From Nageia nagi (lineage: Eukaryota; Plantae; Pinophyta), in the NCBI GenBank assembly GCA_050084985.1, contig JBITNC010000001.1, positions 199,950,001 to 200,014,000 on the forward strand: 64,000 bases of DNA, in the 5' to 3' direction. A program made the position numbers and the translations under genes. Each line of letters opens with the position of its first letter. Positions within the stretch are counted from its first letter, which is position 1. The notes below the pieces were generated by a model, which did no database searches, was not told the origin of the DNA, and worked only from the letters and a program-made list of their open reading frames with translations. This document shows positions 39,701-52,499 of this stretch, one piece after another.

Positions 39701-41503
39701 AAAAGGAGAAAATATCTTTATAAGAAGAAGGAATTATAAAAAGAAGTGGTTTTTTTTCTCTTAAGCAAAGAGTTAAAAAGAGATAATGAAGGGTGTCTCA
39801 TGATTTTCACTATAACTTTTGATTTGTGACTCTATTTAAGCCCATTTATTTTCCAAAGCATGTAGAATTTTAATATCTATAAGGTCATGTATCCCATGGA
39901 AGATATCATTAAGAGCTAAAATAATCATCTTATGGTACAAATTTGTAATTTTTTTAGGATTTTTATTGAGCTTGTGGAAAATAATTTTGTTATGTGTGCA
40001 GAGAATCAACTTTCAGGTTGTTGAAGTGTAGTGGGATTGAGATAGTTAGTATGAGAAGAAATTTTAAGATGAGCAATACCATTTAGGGTCTTTAGGAATT
40101 GGATTCATTTTTTCTACATCTTTGAGATCTTGTAAGTGGGTGCTTAGCAATCAGGGTCGAAACTCTATGCAATGGGTGGAGAAAAATATTTGGCTAGTTG
40201 GTGCCATCCTTGTAGTGGGTACTCCAAAAATTTGTAAAATTCGATCCATTTTATTTTCAACTAGATTTGGGTGGGATCCCAAGTAGTCCAATGGTACAAT
40301 GATTTTTCCAACATCAAATTTCCACTATAAATCTTTTTTTATGTGATGCATGCTTTTGTGAGTGTGTTTGATTGTTGGATTTTTATAGTTGGTTAAAATT
40401 TTAATTCACATTGATATACCCCACCCTCTCAATGTCACACATAGTTCAACATTATAGAGTTTCTAGCAAATAACTAAGAAGCCCTAGATATCTCTTTTAA
40501 AGAAGGTGTAGATAAAGCAATATATTGGGTCTCCTTAGGAAATGTAATATATGGAGTAAAAGGAGATGTGATCTGACATGGGAGCTTTTTGATCATGATG
40601 AGCGAAGCTTCAATTATTGTAGCAACTCTATATAATTATGGGAATGTTGTTTCTCTATATATTTCTATTTTCAACATCATATCATGTGTAAAAGCCCTTA
40701 TAAAATACATATATGTAATGAATGTTAGGGGTTTTACTTGGGTTGAGATTCTAATCCATGTCTTACCAAAATATATATTAAATTATGTGATGATTTCTTA
40801 TAGATACCTCTACATGGTAGTAAAGTTTATAAATAGGGAATAATAATCTTTAGTTTCATCAAATTCTATGATGAAGGGTTCAATGAGATATCTCCATTTA
40901 GTAATAGATTTATCTGGTAGACATTGATACCAGTCTAATATATTTTCTTTGAAAGACTATGCTAGGATCCTCACCATTACATTGTCTTTGGTGATGTTAT
41001 ATTTATTTCTTGTAGTAATTATCTCAAGACAATGCTCATAAGTCATCTTTCCCATACCATCATAAGCTGGAGGGACTTTAGAGCAATTGATGGAATTACC
41101 ATTGAATTTATCAAGTTCAAGGGACTAACAATATTCTATTCTAGATAGATATGAGTTTCTTCTTGAGAATCTATTATTGATATTACATTGAACAGTGATA
41201 GCAAAGTTCAATCAATACATTTACTAGAATGGGGATATCAATCAAATACTTAGTCCTTCCAATGTGTTCTTTTATTTTAGGTCAAGTTCATAGAATTCAA
41301 TAATATTCTTTCTTGCCTTAGCTTGAGTTCTAGTAAATATGAACTCAATTTATGCTTAAGAAGGATTATATTTTGGTAATGAGTTCTTTCCCAAATCTTG
41401 TTATATTTGGGAATGAATCTCGAGCATATGACTAACCTTGATTTGCAAATTTGGTAATAAGACCCTTGGGGATATTATACTTTTTTAAAATGGTCAAGCT
41501 TTT

Positions 41504-41521
41504 TTCCTACTAGGCATGCCA
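41504..41521 (-). other. Primer binding site of element A (repeated in each array unit)
   Basis: Minus strand TGGCATGCCTAGTAGGAA about 10 nt inside the LTR; resembles the TGGCACGCCCAGTGGGA-type Tat/Ogre PBS after deamination. Confidence 0.75.
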
Positions 41522-41531
41522 AAAAAATAAT

Positions 41532-43091
41532 TGTTGATCAAGATTGTGTAATGTGAAATATCATGTGAATTACAACCAATCAAGTATTTTCAATGTCTAG
41601 TTTAAAGGTTTATGCCTTATCTATTGGACCTGACTATCCTCAAGGGTAGATATTTTGTATTACTTTTAAGAAAGTAGGGTGCTAGAAAGAAATAAAAGAT
41701 AAGAGTGTAGGAAAGTGAATAATATAAAGTTCCTTAACCAATGTGCACTTCCTAAAAGGAATATTTGGAAGGATAATCAAACTAAAAACCATAAATCAAT
41801 ATCACCTATATTAGCAATACCAGGTAGATATGACATAAACAACCATTAATTCAACATTATACCATGAATTCATGAAGCATACACTAAAGCATACAAAATT
41901 ATTTAAGCTCATACTTGATCACAAATTTGAGAAAAGGGTAAACATGTCATGCTTGTATTCACAAAATAACTTTAACAATATTATAGTGGAAAACACTTAA
42001 ATGTCTTACCCTTATCACATCAAAAATGCCTCTATTTATAGGCCAAAACTTTGTAACATATCTAAAAGTATTCACTATTACTGAACTATAACTAATAACC
42101 ATTGGTTAGTTACATTCAAAAGAAACTACAACTAATCCTTAGAGGTTTTTTTGGAGCACTACATTATTCTTCTCATGCCCCTTGCATGGTATAGTTATAT
42201 TGGGAATCATATGTGAGTGTTTAGTCCCTTAAACTGAGCTCTCATTGGCTTCTAGTAATGTAAGTACACCTCATGCATGAAATATCATCTAGAGGCCTTT
42301 CATTAGGTGAGTTGATTAAACTCTCAATCCCTTAGTATCATCATTAGGCTATAAGAATAAAGATATAATATATATATTAAAACTATCAAATCAATAGGAC
42401 CTATCTATATTGGTGTGATGTTGTTGCCATCAAACTATAACTAACTCCCCTAAAATGAGCACTATTATGCTTCTTCTTCCTTGAATATCATTATTAAGTA
42501 AATAATTGGTGCTTTGGGTGTTTGAATGCTATTCTTACTCCTTGTTTACCTTTTACCAATAGTTGGAATTAAAATTGCTAACATCATTCACTTCTTTGAC
42601 TGAAACCAATATAAAGAATGGATGATGTAATATTTGCTAATGTCAACCATTAATTTTACTTAAGTCTTTTACATTCCTTCACTTTCTAAGTGCCTTCCTT
42701 GCTTGTGATGATGTCACCTAGTATGGATTATCAATCTTAGGCTATTTCCTAGCCATCTTTGAACATGCTAACATCATGCACCAACTTAATTATATTTTTC
42801 TATCTCCTTTCCTTTCTTTACATTTTTTTGGTGGATAACATGCATGATGCTAATTTCATTCACTCAGCCCTACTGGTATTAGAGTTTTTTATCTCTCCTT
42901 TATATTTTGATGACATCATTTATTGATTCTAGAGTATTTTGATCATCCTTTCTTGAGATATTTTAACAAATTATAAAGCTATCAAATTTGAAATACTTAT
43001 ACTCTAATCCTTTCTAGGACATCTGAAGGAATGTTTGATAAACTATGGAACACCAATTGGGGATATGATAAAAAAATATATAAAATATAAG
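41532..43091 (-). repeat. Element A 5' LTR (main part; last ~26 bp displaced to 57495-57520 by element B)
   Basis: Starts TGTTGATC next to the PBS; homologous to 2608-3490. Confidence 0.85.
42032..42041 (-). promoter_or_regulatory. Candidate TATA box of the element A LTR promoter
   Basis: CTATAAATAG on the minus strand ~500 bp upstream of the PBS; intact in units 3-6, mutated (ctagttatgg) in units 1-2. Confidence 0.55.
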
Positions 43092-44997
43092 TGTTGATCA
43101 ATATAATGTAACCTCAAGGATTTGGTTTGTTCATGTTCTACATTGCTTGCAATAGTAGCATCCTTGAAAAAGTAGAAATTGGTTGTGTAATGCACTTGTG
43201 GGGATTTTTTGCTCAATCTCCAGGTTATAGGTTGGTTCCTAGCTATGACTAAGGTCAAAAGTAACTAGAAAGAGATAAAAAGCTAAGAGTAATAGGAAAG
43301 AAATGAAAAAAGAAATTAAAAAGAGGAAAATGAAACTAATTAGATTAGGCATTACTATATAGGAAGCAATCCATTTCTAAAAATAAGAATACATTAACTA
43401 TCTCACCCTTGGGGTCTTGCAATCATAATGCACAATCATAATTAAAGATAATGTTTCACACATAATGCTTACAATCATAATGACAGCCACAAAATAAAGA
43501 GGAAAAAATATCATTGTATTGTATTATCACATATGAAAGCACTTCATACATTGGGCAACTTTGCTAAAATGTTTGACCTTTTAGACCTTTAACAGTCCAC
43601 TATTTATATGAATATATTTATAATTAGATGGTTTTCCATAATTAATTCTCTTAATTACCCTATTGATTTAAGAATAGAACAAAGAACTATTTACAAATGT
43701 ACAATTTCTAATTAATAACTATGCTAAATTACATAGTGATTTAGTACAATTAATGCCATCATCTAGGAATTTGTAGACTTTGGACTTCTGTACTTTCTTA
43801 GCTATAATATTTCTAATATTTATTTGACTACATCCTATTGCAACTATAGTTGATTATTGAGGTAATGTCCACCAACTTGATTGTATGATTTATTCTTGTG
43901 CTCTTTCAGTAGTGATCTATTTCTTTGCAACCATTTATGTAGATTACTGTAGCTTTGGGTTATAAGAACTATTAGGAAAATAAAAGAAATTATATTGAAC
44001 CCTATGTAAAATTTGCTAATATCACATGGAAATGAGTCAAAGTTGACACATTGACAAAGTCTAGGGTCAAACACTCTTGATTAAGTGGACCTGGGTGTTC
44101 CCCTTATCTCATAGTTATCCTTTCAAGTTAGCAGGTCTTACTTGCTCTTATGAGTTCTATTAGATGTTCGAGAATCATATTATAATCCCTCAATTTTTAA
44201 TAAAATGTATGACATCATTGCTTAAAATTAGTGAGCTCTATAGAAGAAACTTTTTGAAATATCTTTTATTGCTTGGTTCTTCAATATTACCCATTGATGT
44301 TTTAGCTCAATGCTCATTGATTTTGGATGTACAGAATAACTTTTCTTTTGGAAATATGTGGGCTTTAGAACATCTCTCGCTAATAGTTTTGACTCAGTAA
44401 TGACTTGTATTTACAACATTTACCAGAAAGATCACCTAGATCTTCAAGACTTTGAATATTTCAAATTTGAACTTCTATAAGACCTAGATTTTGACTTAGA
44501 CTTTTACTTCCCTTACATATTACACTACTTCCCAAATATGACTAAGACACAACAAAATTGTCTATTAGCCTCATACCTATGTACAATTATTGGTGAAAGC
44601 TCAATTATATTCAATAAACCCTTGAGACCTATTTACCTAATATTCACTCAATAATAAGATATAGAAAAGACTTAGCTAGCTTAAAAAGGTAGACACTCAT
44701 CCTGGATCTAATCCAAATGACTAGATAAACAATGATCACCCTGAACAAAATGGCAATTTTCACTAACATGTATAACATTAAGACTTGACAATGTAAACAT
44801 GACCCGAAGTTTCCTAGTCTTAACAAAACTTTGACAAAAATGACTAAGTATAAAGACTATACATTTATTTCAATATTTATAAGAGAATGAAAGGGGAGTA
44901 AGAATTGAAAATATAGATTTTATTAAAAAAAAAAAAAAGAATCAAAGAAGAGTAGAATATTAACCTATTTACAAAGTGTGATTCTAAAATAATAATA
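43092..44997 (-). repeat. Element B 3' LTR
   Basis: tgttgatcaatataatgtaacc...attctaaaataataata; collinear with 55565-57486. Confidence 0.9.
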
Positions 44998-44999
44998 TT

Positions 45000-47900
45000 C
45001 TTTTGGCAGCTCTCAAGGTCTTAGCCTATTGAAGAATTGAACCCTTATTTACCACTTCCACTTGCTTACCCAAATCTATCCTTTAATGGGACTTCTAATG
45101 GTGGCACTATTTTTAAAGGAAGAAAATACTATAGTTTATTATATAAATCTTTTAGATCCTAATTATCCACTTGCGATAAAATAGGGCATGCTTGTATCTT
45201 GACTATATTTGCTCTAAAGCTTATTAGCATGCTTTTTAATCTTCTAGGATACAAAAATCTTGAAATTGCTTTCTGGTACAAACTGCTTATTGCTTGTAGA
45301 TCTAAGATTTGCTTCTCAAAGAGAGATTATTCCAAAAATTATTTGGTATTTACCACCCATCGGTCAACACTACCCTATACATCATGTTCTTCCCATAATT
45401 TGGGAGCCTTTAATTGAACCAAATAATGAAAGAATCTATTTACAAAGCTAATCTTTATTATGATTTGATATTTTTCCAAGTCCAAAGTAAACACTAAATC
45501 TTGCAAATCATAGATATCCTTGGTCCTTATTAGAATGATTTATCTAGGCCTTGAAGTAACTCTAGCCAAGACTTTCTCTATTAAGGCCCTAAGCCAACTT
45601 GGCATACTTTCAATGGTTGACCTAGTAATTTTTAAGCCTAGTTTATGAAAGGTGATCTAAGCAATGAACTGTTGGAGAGCTTGTTCTATTTGGTTCTCAA
45701 AAGATGCAATTGGGTGATGCTAACCATTTTCTCTCCTATCTATTCAAATAGGGTTTTTTGGAAATTCTTAAGAATTTCAAGCAATTTGACCTTATCATCA
45801 TTTAGCACTTTATTTGTTGCTACTATTTTCTTCAACTCTTCTTCAATCAGCTAAGATTTTTACTTTTTAATCATTATGGATTGAGAATAAAGATATTTAA
45901 TATGTTTCTTCATGTTTTCTAGCTAAACCTTAGCCTCTTGAATTTTCTTCTCATGCTTAGACTTCTAGTTTTCAAGTTTCTTTATCAATTCCTTATTCTA
46001 GTTTTATAACCCAGCTATCATCTTATCCTTTTGGGATCTATCTTATTTGAATTAATCCTTCTTTTTCTTTAGTTTGTCAATTTTATTCTCCATGGATTGG
46101 AGAATTTTTTTGATCACCATGGAAGTATTTACAAGAAATATGGACTGATCTATGACTAGATCACTCCACATATTTACATTTATTATAGCCTTGAGGGTGG
46201 TGTCTAGTTTCCCTTCCTTGAAAGGCATTTGATCAATCTTAATATCCCTCATTTTAGTTACTTTGCTCAAAATTCTTGCACATTACTTTGGGAGCATAGG
46301 GGGTTTATTTACAAATGTTGGTCAATCAATGGGCTTTACTATCTAAGTAGAAAAAATAATCTCTATTTCCTCTTGCAAGGCTATAGAAAAAGGAATTAAT
46401 GAATGGGGAGGTATACCTACTCCTAAAGTAGATATTAGGGTGTCTTGTGTAGGTTGTTTTGGTGTTTTGTTAATGGAGGTTATTATTTTTTCATCCTCCT
46501 CTTTTTATTTTGTAGAAGGCTTTTTCTTTTTTGGTGTCTTTTCTTTTGGTACAAAGTCTTGTTCTTTTTGGGATCTTTATCATCATCACCAGCTATGTCT
46601 TCACTAGTTTCACCTCTGGCTGATGCAATACCATCTATATCAAGTACATTTTCTCATCCTTACTACACTTCATCCCTTGCTTCTTCCTATGCATCTTGAT
46701 ATACAATAATGTTAGTTATTTTAGGCCTTTGGGTTTCTTTAGCATCCATTAGATTAGTTTCTCCCATGCTTGGTTCTAGTAGTTCATGGCTTATTACCTA
46801 GGGAGGTGGAGTTTGTGTGCTCTTGGCTTCTTGCTACCGATTGGTTCATACCTTGTTTTTTGGTATTTTTTTCATCTCTAGGGTTTTTTGTGCTTGTGCT
46901 AGCATTCTAATTCTTCTTCTATTTGGATTAGATTCCTAGGAAGTAGTTTTTGTTGTGACTTGAGTCCCTTTTTTCCTTTTTTATGGCTATCATGAGCTAG
47001 ATGGTTCACTCATTTTTCTCTTTTTTGAAAGCTCCTTTTCCTACTACTTCAATGGTTGATTATCTATGGAAGACATTCCTTGAAAATTGGTTGGGAGTGG
47101 TTTTCCTATCTCTGGTAGTGGATCTTGAATGTACTATGAATTTCAGTACTGATCATATTGAAACTCACCAAAGCATTGATTTTCAACATGGTTTGCTTTG
47201 GTAGTGTATTCAAATTTGAATTTGGTAAAATAGTCAATTTTGTTGGGGCCCCTACCCAACTCATCCCTTAATTAGGTGATAACCTTTGGGTTTAGGGAAA
47301 AATCCTATCACCTAACTTCCTAGATTTTATATTTTTTAATGACCTCAAGGGCTAACTAGGCCTTATCCAAAATTCCAAATTCCCACACTAAGGATTGCTT
47401 GGCCTATTGTTTAAACATATTCACAAAGTATTCAATGTCAGGCTAGGTCTCATGGGCAAAAGTTGGGCACTTTTTATTTGATTTTATAACTTTTGTTATT
47501 TCACCTGGTGGATCATACACCCAAGGAGCATCTACCATACCTAGTTTTAAATTTTGTACAATAAATTTTTCCAATTCATCTTTAAAGCCTATCTCCATCA
47601 ATGTAAAATTAATAGCAATGGTAGGTATTTTGATGATGGATTTAAAATTATCCCTTAACCCATATTTATTTTAATTGCATGCATTTGCCTACCCATTTCT
47701 ATAGAATATAATTAAGGAGTGACAAATTTTGATAAGAAAAATGGGCTTTCAAAATACCCATACCTTATCATAATTGTATGATTCTTCAAAAAATACCACT
47801 CATCAATTTTATTTCCTCCCTATAGCTCATGCATGGTTGATCAATGCAAGCTATAAGTAACCTTCCCTATGAGAATTTGCATTATTGAGGCAAAGAATTT

Positions 47901-48850
47901 TTCCATATACTCATAGTTTGAGTCATGGAGTTTAGTAGACATAGACACTCTTAAAAAAATTATTATGAGTGTTGTGGTGAGGGTCATTAGCTTGACCTAA
48001 AGTCCTGCTTCCACCAAAACCTATAGATTTTGATGGATAATAAGCCACCATAGATATGATGAGTTTTGAAAATTAGATTTTTCTATGTTGAATAGATTTT
48101 TTCTTACCTTATTTGGGAAAATTGTAGAAGATATGAGCCTTAATAATGTTATAAGTCATTCTCATCATGGCCTCATCTACTTCAATTTGGGTCTTCTTCC
48201 TAAGAATGATAGCTAATGTTTACAAGACCTATTTATATCAATATTTCATGAAAGAGGTGATATTATAGCTCTGTATGAGCTTGCTACTTTTGCCTTCATA
48301 CTATTTATCAAAATAGTCCATCATCTCCCCCTCATTTTGATAAAATTCAACTTTCTCTCTTTTGAGGTCGATTTGCTTCTTGACATGGAAGCTCTAGTCA
48401 GCTGGGACTGCAAATACATGTGCAATTTATTCTATGGAGTAATCTAAAAAAGATATTGGGCTTGTAATTAGAATTTGATTCTCCCTCCTTATGCTCTTTA
48501 TAAGCTTTAACTTCATATCCCTAGGAGTTATGCCTAAGTGCAATGGAGAAAAGGAGCTCCATATAGGTGAAGGATTCATAAGGCATATAATATGCTAAGA
48601 CCTCATCTAGCATAATATTCCTTTTAGATTCATCTAATGACTTCCCTTTACTTATGAATTCTAGTATCTAGTGTTGTAATAGAATTCTTTAAGGGTTAGC
48701 TTATCAGTTATCCAAATGATTCATAACCCACATCTCTATCTAATTAACACCAAGACCATTATCCAGATATTCTTAATGAATCAATATCAATTTAGCATCC
48801 ACCCCCTCTTGTTCAATCACTATAGATTCATTAGTGCTTTCCATGGTATC
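45000..48850 (-). pseudogene. Decayed large extra ORF of element B, downstream of integrase, sense orientation
   Basis: WYF.KNHTIMIRYGYFESPFFLSKFVTP*LYSIEMGRQ at ~47680-47805 is homologous to A's extra ORF; K/E-rich and coiled-coil-like remnants at 45800-47100. Confidence 0.65.
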
Positions 48851-49336
48851 CAATAACTTCTATGTAGTGTGGATAAGCACTAAGTACACCTTTGCAAGAT
48901 TAAGCTTAGAAACTCTCCCTCTACTTGTGTACTCAACCCTATAGACTGTAAGCTCTGGTTCTCTTGAAAAATTTGGCTTTAAAATTGGATAATTGAGGAA
49001 ATAAATAGTTAGGGAGTATGTTTTATTTACCTAGGGTTTACAACTTACGTCTATTAATGGTAATTAATGACCAAGGAATATTGAGGTCCGCATGAAGTGT
49101 AGTGTCAAAGATGACAAGCGAGATTATATTAAACTCAAGCATGCCAAATTTAAATCGAGAGATATGGAATGGATGGTGGATTTTTGAAGGAAATATTCCT
49201 CTTAAATACCATCCTTTTGATTAAATAGTTTACATTAGAGGGGTTTAACCTCCACCATGCTTAGTTAATGCTAGCATAAATAACTACCTACCTCCTTAAG
49301 AAGTGTACCCTTGCTAGATCTTTATATGTATAAGAA

Positions 49337-49340
<4 letters not shown>

Positions 49341-49382
<42 letters not shown>
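49341..49382. repeat. (AT)21 microsatellite
   Basis: Perfect dinucleotide run. Confidence 0.97.
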
Positions 49383-49384
<2 letters not shown>

Positions 49385-49439
49385 AAATAATAGTATTTAC
49401 ATTATACAATCTTAGCGGGTGTTATGAAATACCCCAATC

Positions 49440-52100
49440 ACTCGAGAGTGCTTCAAATAGATCTTGTTTACTAGGATAGGCAATTCCTAGGACCCAGTAA
49501 TATATTGAAGCCTAAATGCATTATTCTACATAGCCTGAATGATGATATAGGGCCCTCTCCATAAATAATCAAATTTTTGATGTTTCTCATGCTTTGCTTT
49601 TTTTCATCCCATTTTAGGACAATGTCTTCGATTTCAAATTTTACCTAGGAAGACTTCTTCTTATCAAACCACTTCTAAATGATCTATTATGGATGCTACA
49701 AGGATTGATATGCTTTGTTTCTATCTTCTTCCAACTTCATCAGTTGATTAAATATGGCTTGGAGTGGCTCAAAATTATATTCTTCAAGACCTTGTAGGAT
49801 TTTTAATGTTGTTAACTCAATATGGATTAGCAATAATGGTATTTTACTATATGCTAATGCATAGAGATATTTCTTGATAGCCTATTTAATATTGATCCTA
49901 TCTACCCATAATGCATAGTCCAATTGTTTATGCCATTGTCTAGGATTCCCTTTAATTATTTCATTGATAATCTGACTCAAGTTTTTATTTGTTGATTTAG
50001 CTAACTCATTACCTTATGGGTAATAATTTGAAGAGAACATCTAGTAGATCCCATACTTAATAACAAAGTTTGACAAATTAGCTCTAATAAATGCAAAACC
50101 ATTATCTAATATAATAGTCTATGGTATGCCAAGGAAAATAATCAATATCTTAACCATTTTAATTACTACCTCTTAATGTACACTTTTGCATGGCATAGCT
50201 TCTAACCATCATGTGAAGTAGTTTGTTGTAGTTAGAATAAACTTATGACCTATTGAAAAATTTAGGTTTATGACACCAATAAAATCTAGACTCCATTATT
50301 GGAAAGGTTCTTCAACCACCATAAGTTTAAGAGGCATTGTAGCTTGTCTAATTTTTCCCATATATCTGCTACATTTATCACATTCCCAGGCTATGTTGAA
50401 TCAATCTTGAAATATAGTAGGCCAATAATACTTGACTTGTAATATTTTTGCTGCAATAGTAGGACCACTATAGTATCCTCTAGAGAATCCATAATGAAAT
50501 TCATGTAAAATTCTTTGAGCTTCATCATGAGTCACACATCTTAATAAGGTCTAGTAAAAAATAATTCCTACAAACATGATCATCTATCTTCATAAATTTC
50601 AATTCTTGTAATCTAAATCTCCTTCTTTGAAATCTATCCAAATATTTAGGACATTTATTGATTCTAAAGTAAAAAATAAGTTATTTTATCTAACATTCTC
50701 TAGATTGAGATTCTCCTCATCCTCTATGATATAAATCATGTGTGTAGCCTCTACTATATTTTCAAATAAATATCTTCCCCTTATTAGCTTGGTTGGTTTA
50801 ATTTCTATCTCATATTCTATAATTCTTGTGATCCAACAAGCCTTTCTTTCACCCAATTCTCCTTGAATTACATAATTCCTTACATCTGGGTGAATGGTGT
50901 ATATAGGATCTTATTGTGGGATACATAATGCTTAAACTTTTTAAGTCCTTTCATTATAAAAAACACTTGCTTCTCAATAAATGAATACCTTCTTTGATAT
51001 TGGTATAGTGTTTGGCTATGAAAAGTAATAGGATATTCTTCTTTCTAGTCATCTTTCTATGCTAGGATAGTAGCAACACTCTTCTTTGCTCCATATGCAT
51101 ACATGATGAAGTCTTTTGAAAAATCAAGATTCTTCAAAATAGGAGCTTTTTTTATGGCCTTTTTAATGTCTTGAAAAGCTTTCTTTTCCTCCTTTGACTA
51201 AGAGAATACAATATCTTTCTTTAACATTATTGTGATTGAAGAAACGATCTCTAAAAAATCATTAATAAATTTTCTAACAAAATTGATTTGATGAAGGAAG
51301 GATTGTAGGGCCTTCTTGTTGGAAGGTAAAGGAAATGCTTCAATAGCCTTTATTATTTTTGGATAAATTGCCAATAAGTTTTTTGAGATAATATGACCAA
51401 GAAATGTTCCCTGGTTAACCATAAAAATAGATTTTTTGGGATTGATTGAAATCCCAAATACCATACATTTTTTAAAAACTTGACTAAGATGATTCAAGTG
51501 GTTTTTTCTAATTTTAGAAAATATTATGATATCATATAAGTAGACCAAGATTATCTTGTTTATCAAATCACCAAAGGCATGGTCCATAGCTCTTTTAAAA
51601 AGTAGCCCCAAAATTAGAGAGACCAAAAAGCATTATCTAAAATGAAAATGTACCCCACTTGGTTGTGAATGTAGTTTTAAACTAATCCTCATCCTTTACC
51701 TAGATTTAATTAAATCATGAATAACCATCAATCATAGAAAAATAACATGATCCAATTACTGTGGGTAGGATTTGTTCCATAGGAGGAAGAGGATAATTAT
51801 CTTTGAGAGACACTTGGTTTAGATTTTTGAAATCTACACACAATATGATTTCTCCACTCTTTTTTCTTACTGGTACTAAATTTACTACCCAAGAAGAATG
51901 CTTGATAGAATAGATAATCTTTTCATCTAATAGTTTAAGTAATTCCTACTTCATAGCCTCTTCTATTCTTGGGTTGACTGACCTTTGCTTTTTTTAGTAT
52001 GGCTTGACTTCTAGCTCTAGCTTAATGGTGTGCTAGATCACATTCTTATCATAAATATTCATATCATCAAAAGTCAAGTCAATTGCCTTGGAGAACTCAT
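49440..52100 (-). pseudogene. Element B pol remnant: RT, RNase H, integrase
   Basis: ORF 51198-51626 RAMDHAF...VYLYDIIIFSK (YLDD site); CVDFKNLNQVSLKDNYPLP; integrase YYWPTIF, SSNYYP*GN, LWRGPY. Confidence 0.92.
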
Positions 52101-52499
52101 TGTAAATCTAAAATATCACCCTTTTTTTTTCTTCAAAGTACTATGATCCAACCTTTATGCATTTTTCAAGTTCGACTTCTATCTCAATATTGCTTTCCTT
52201 TTGAATAGCTAAAGTTTTAGCTTTTTGAATATCTTCATAATTGAATAACCATTTAAAAGAAAACAAACCTTTGGGTATGATATTATTTCTGAGATGTATA
52301 ATATCTAACTCTTTGAAATAGTCAAGGAGTTCTTCAACACCAAATGTATGAGATACAACTTCATCTATAAGGAAATTCTTAATATGTCTATCAAAGTCAA
52401 ATACTTGCCAGAAGTTTGTAGTGTTAGGTACAGATGGCCTACATTGGAGTTTAACTCCATAGCTTCATCTTTTATGGTCAATAAGATTGTGATGTGCTC

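Larger units (their letters stand above)
22199..42246. repeat. Tandem array of six ~3.34 kb units (TE-junction-derived macrosatellite, ~20 kb)
   Basis: LTR-end marker caaca/aaaca+ttata at 23730, 27057, 30398, 33747, 37087, 40451. Units approx. 22199-25525, 25526-28847, 28848-32188, 32189-35544, 35545-38848, 38849-42246. The ORF track shows repeated homologous peptides. Confidence 0.97.

Noticed and set aside
22199-42246. Array as a pure assembly artefact, rDNA, or a tandem TRIM/LTR element
   Set aside because: Units have private indels and many substitutions, show no rRNA similarity, and their boundaries fall mid-LTR in two unrelated elements rather than at LTR termini.
45000-48850. Extra ORF as a retroviral-type env
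   Set aside because: No signal peptide or transmembrane segment is evident in the sense-strand remnants; the hydrophobic ORF 46445-46699 is the antisense shadow of a K/E-rich tract.
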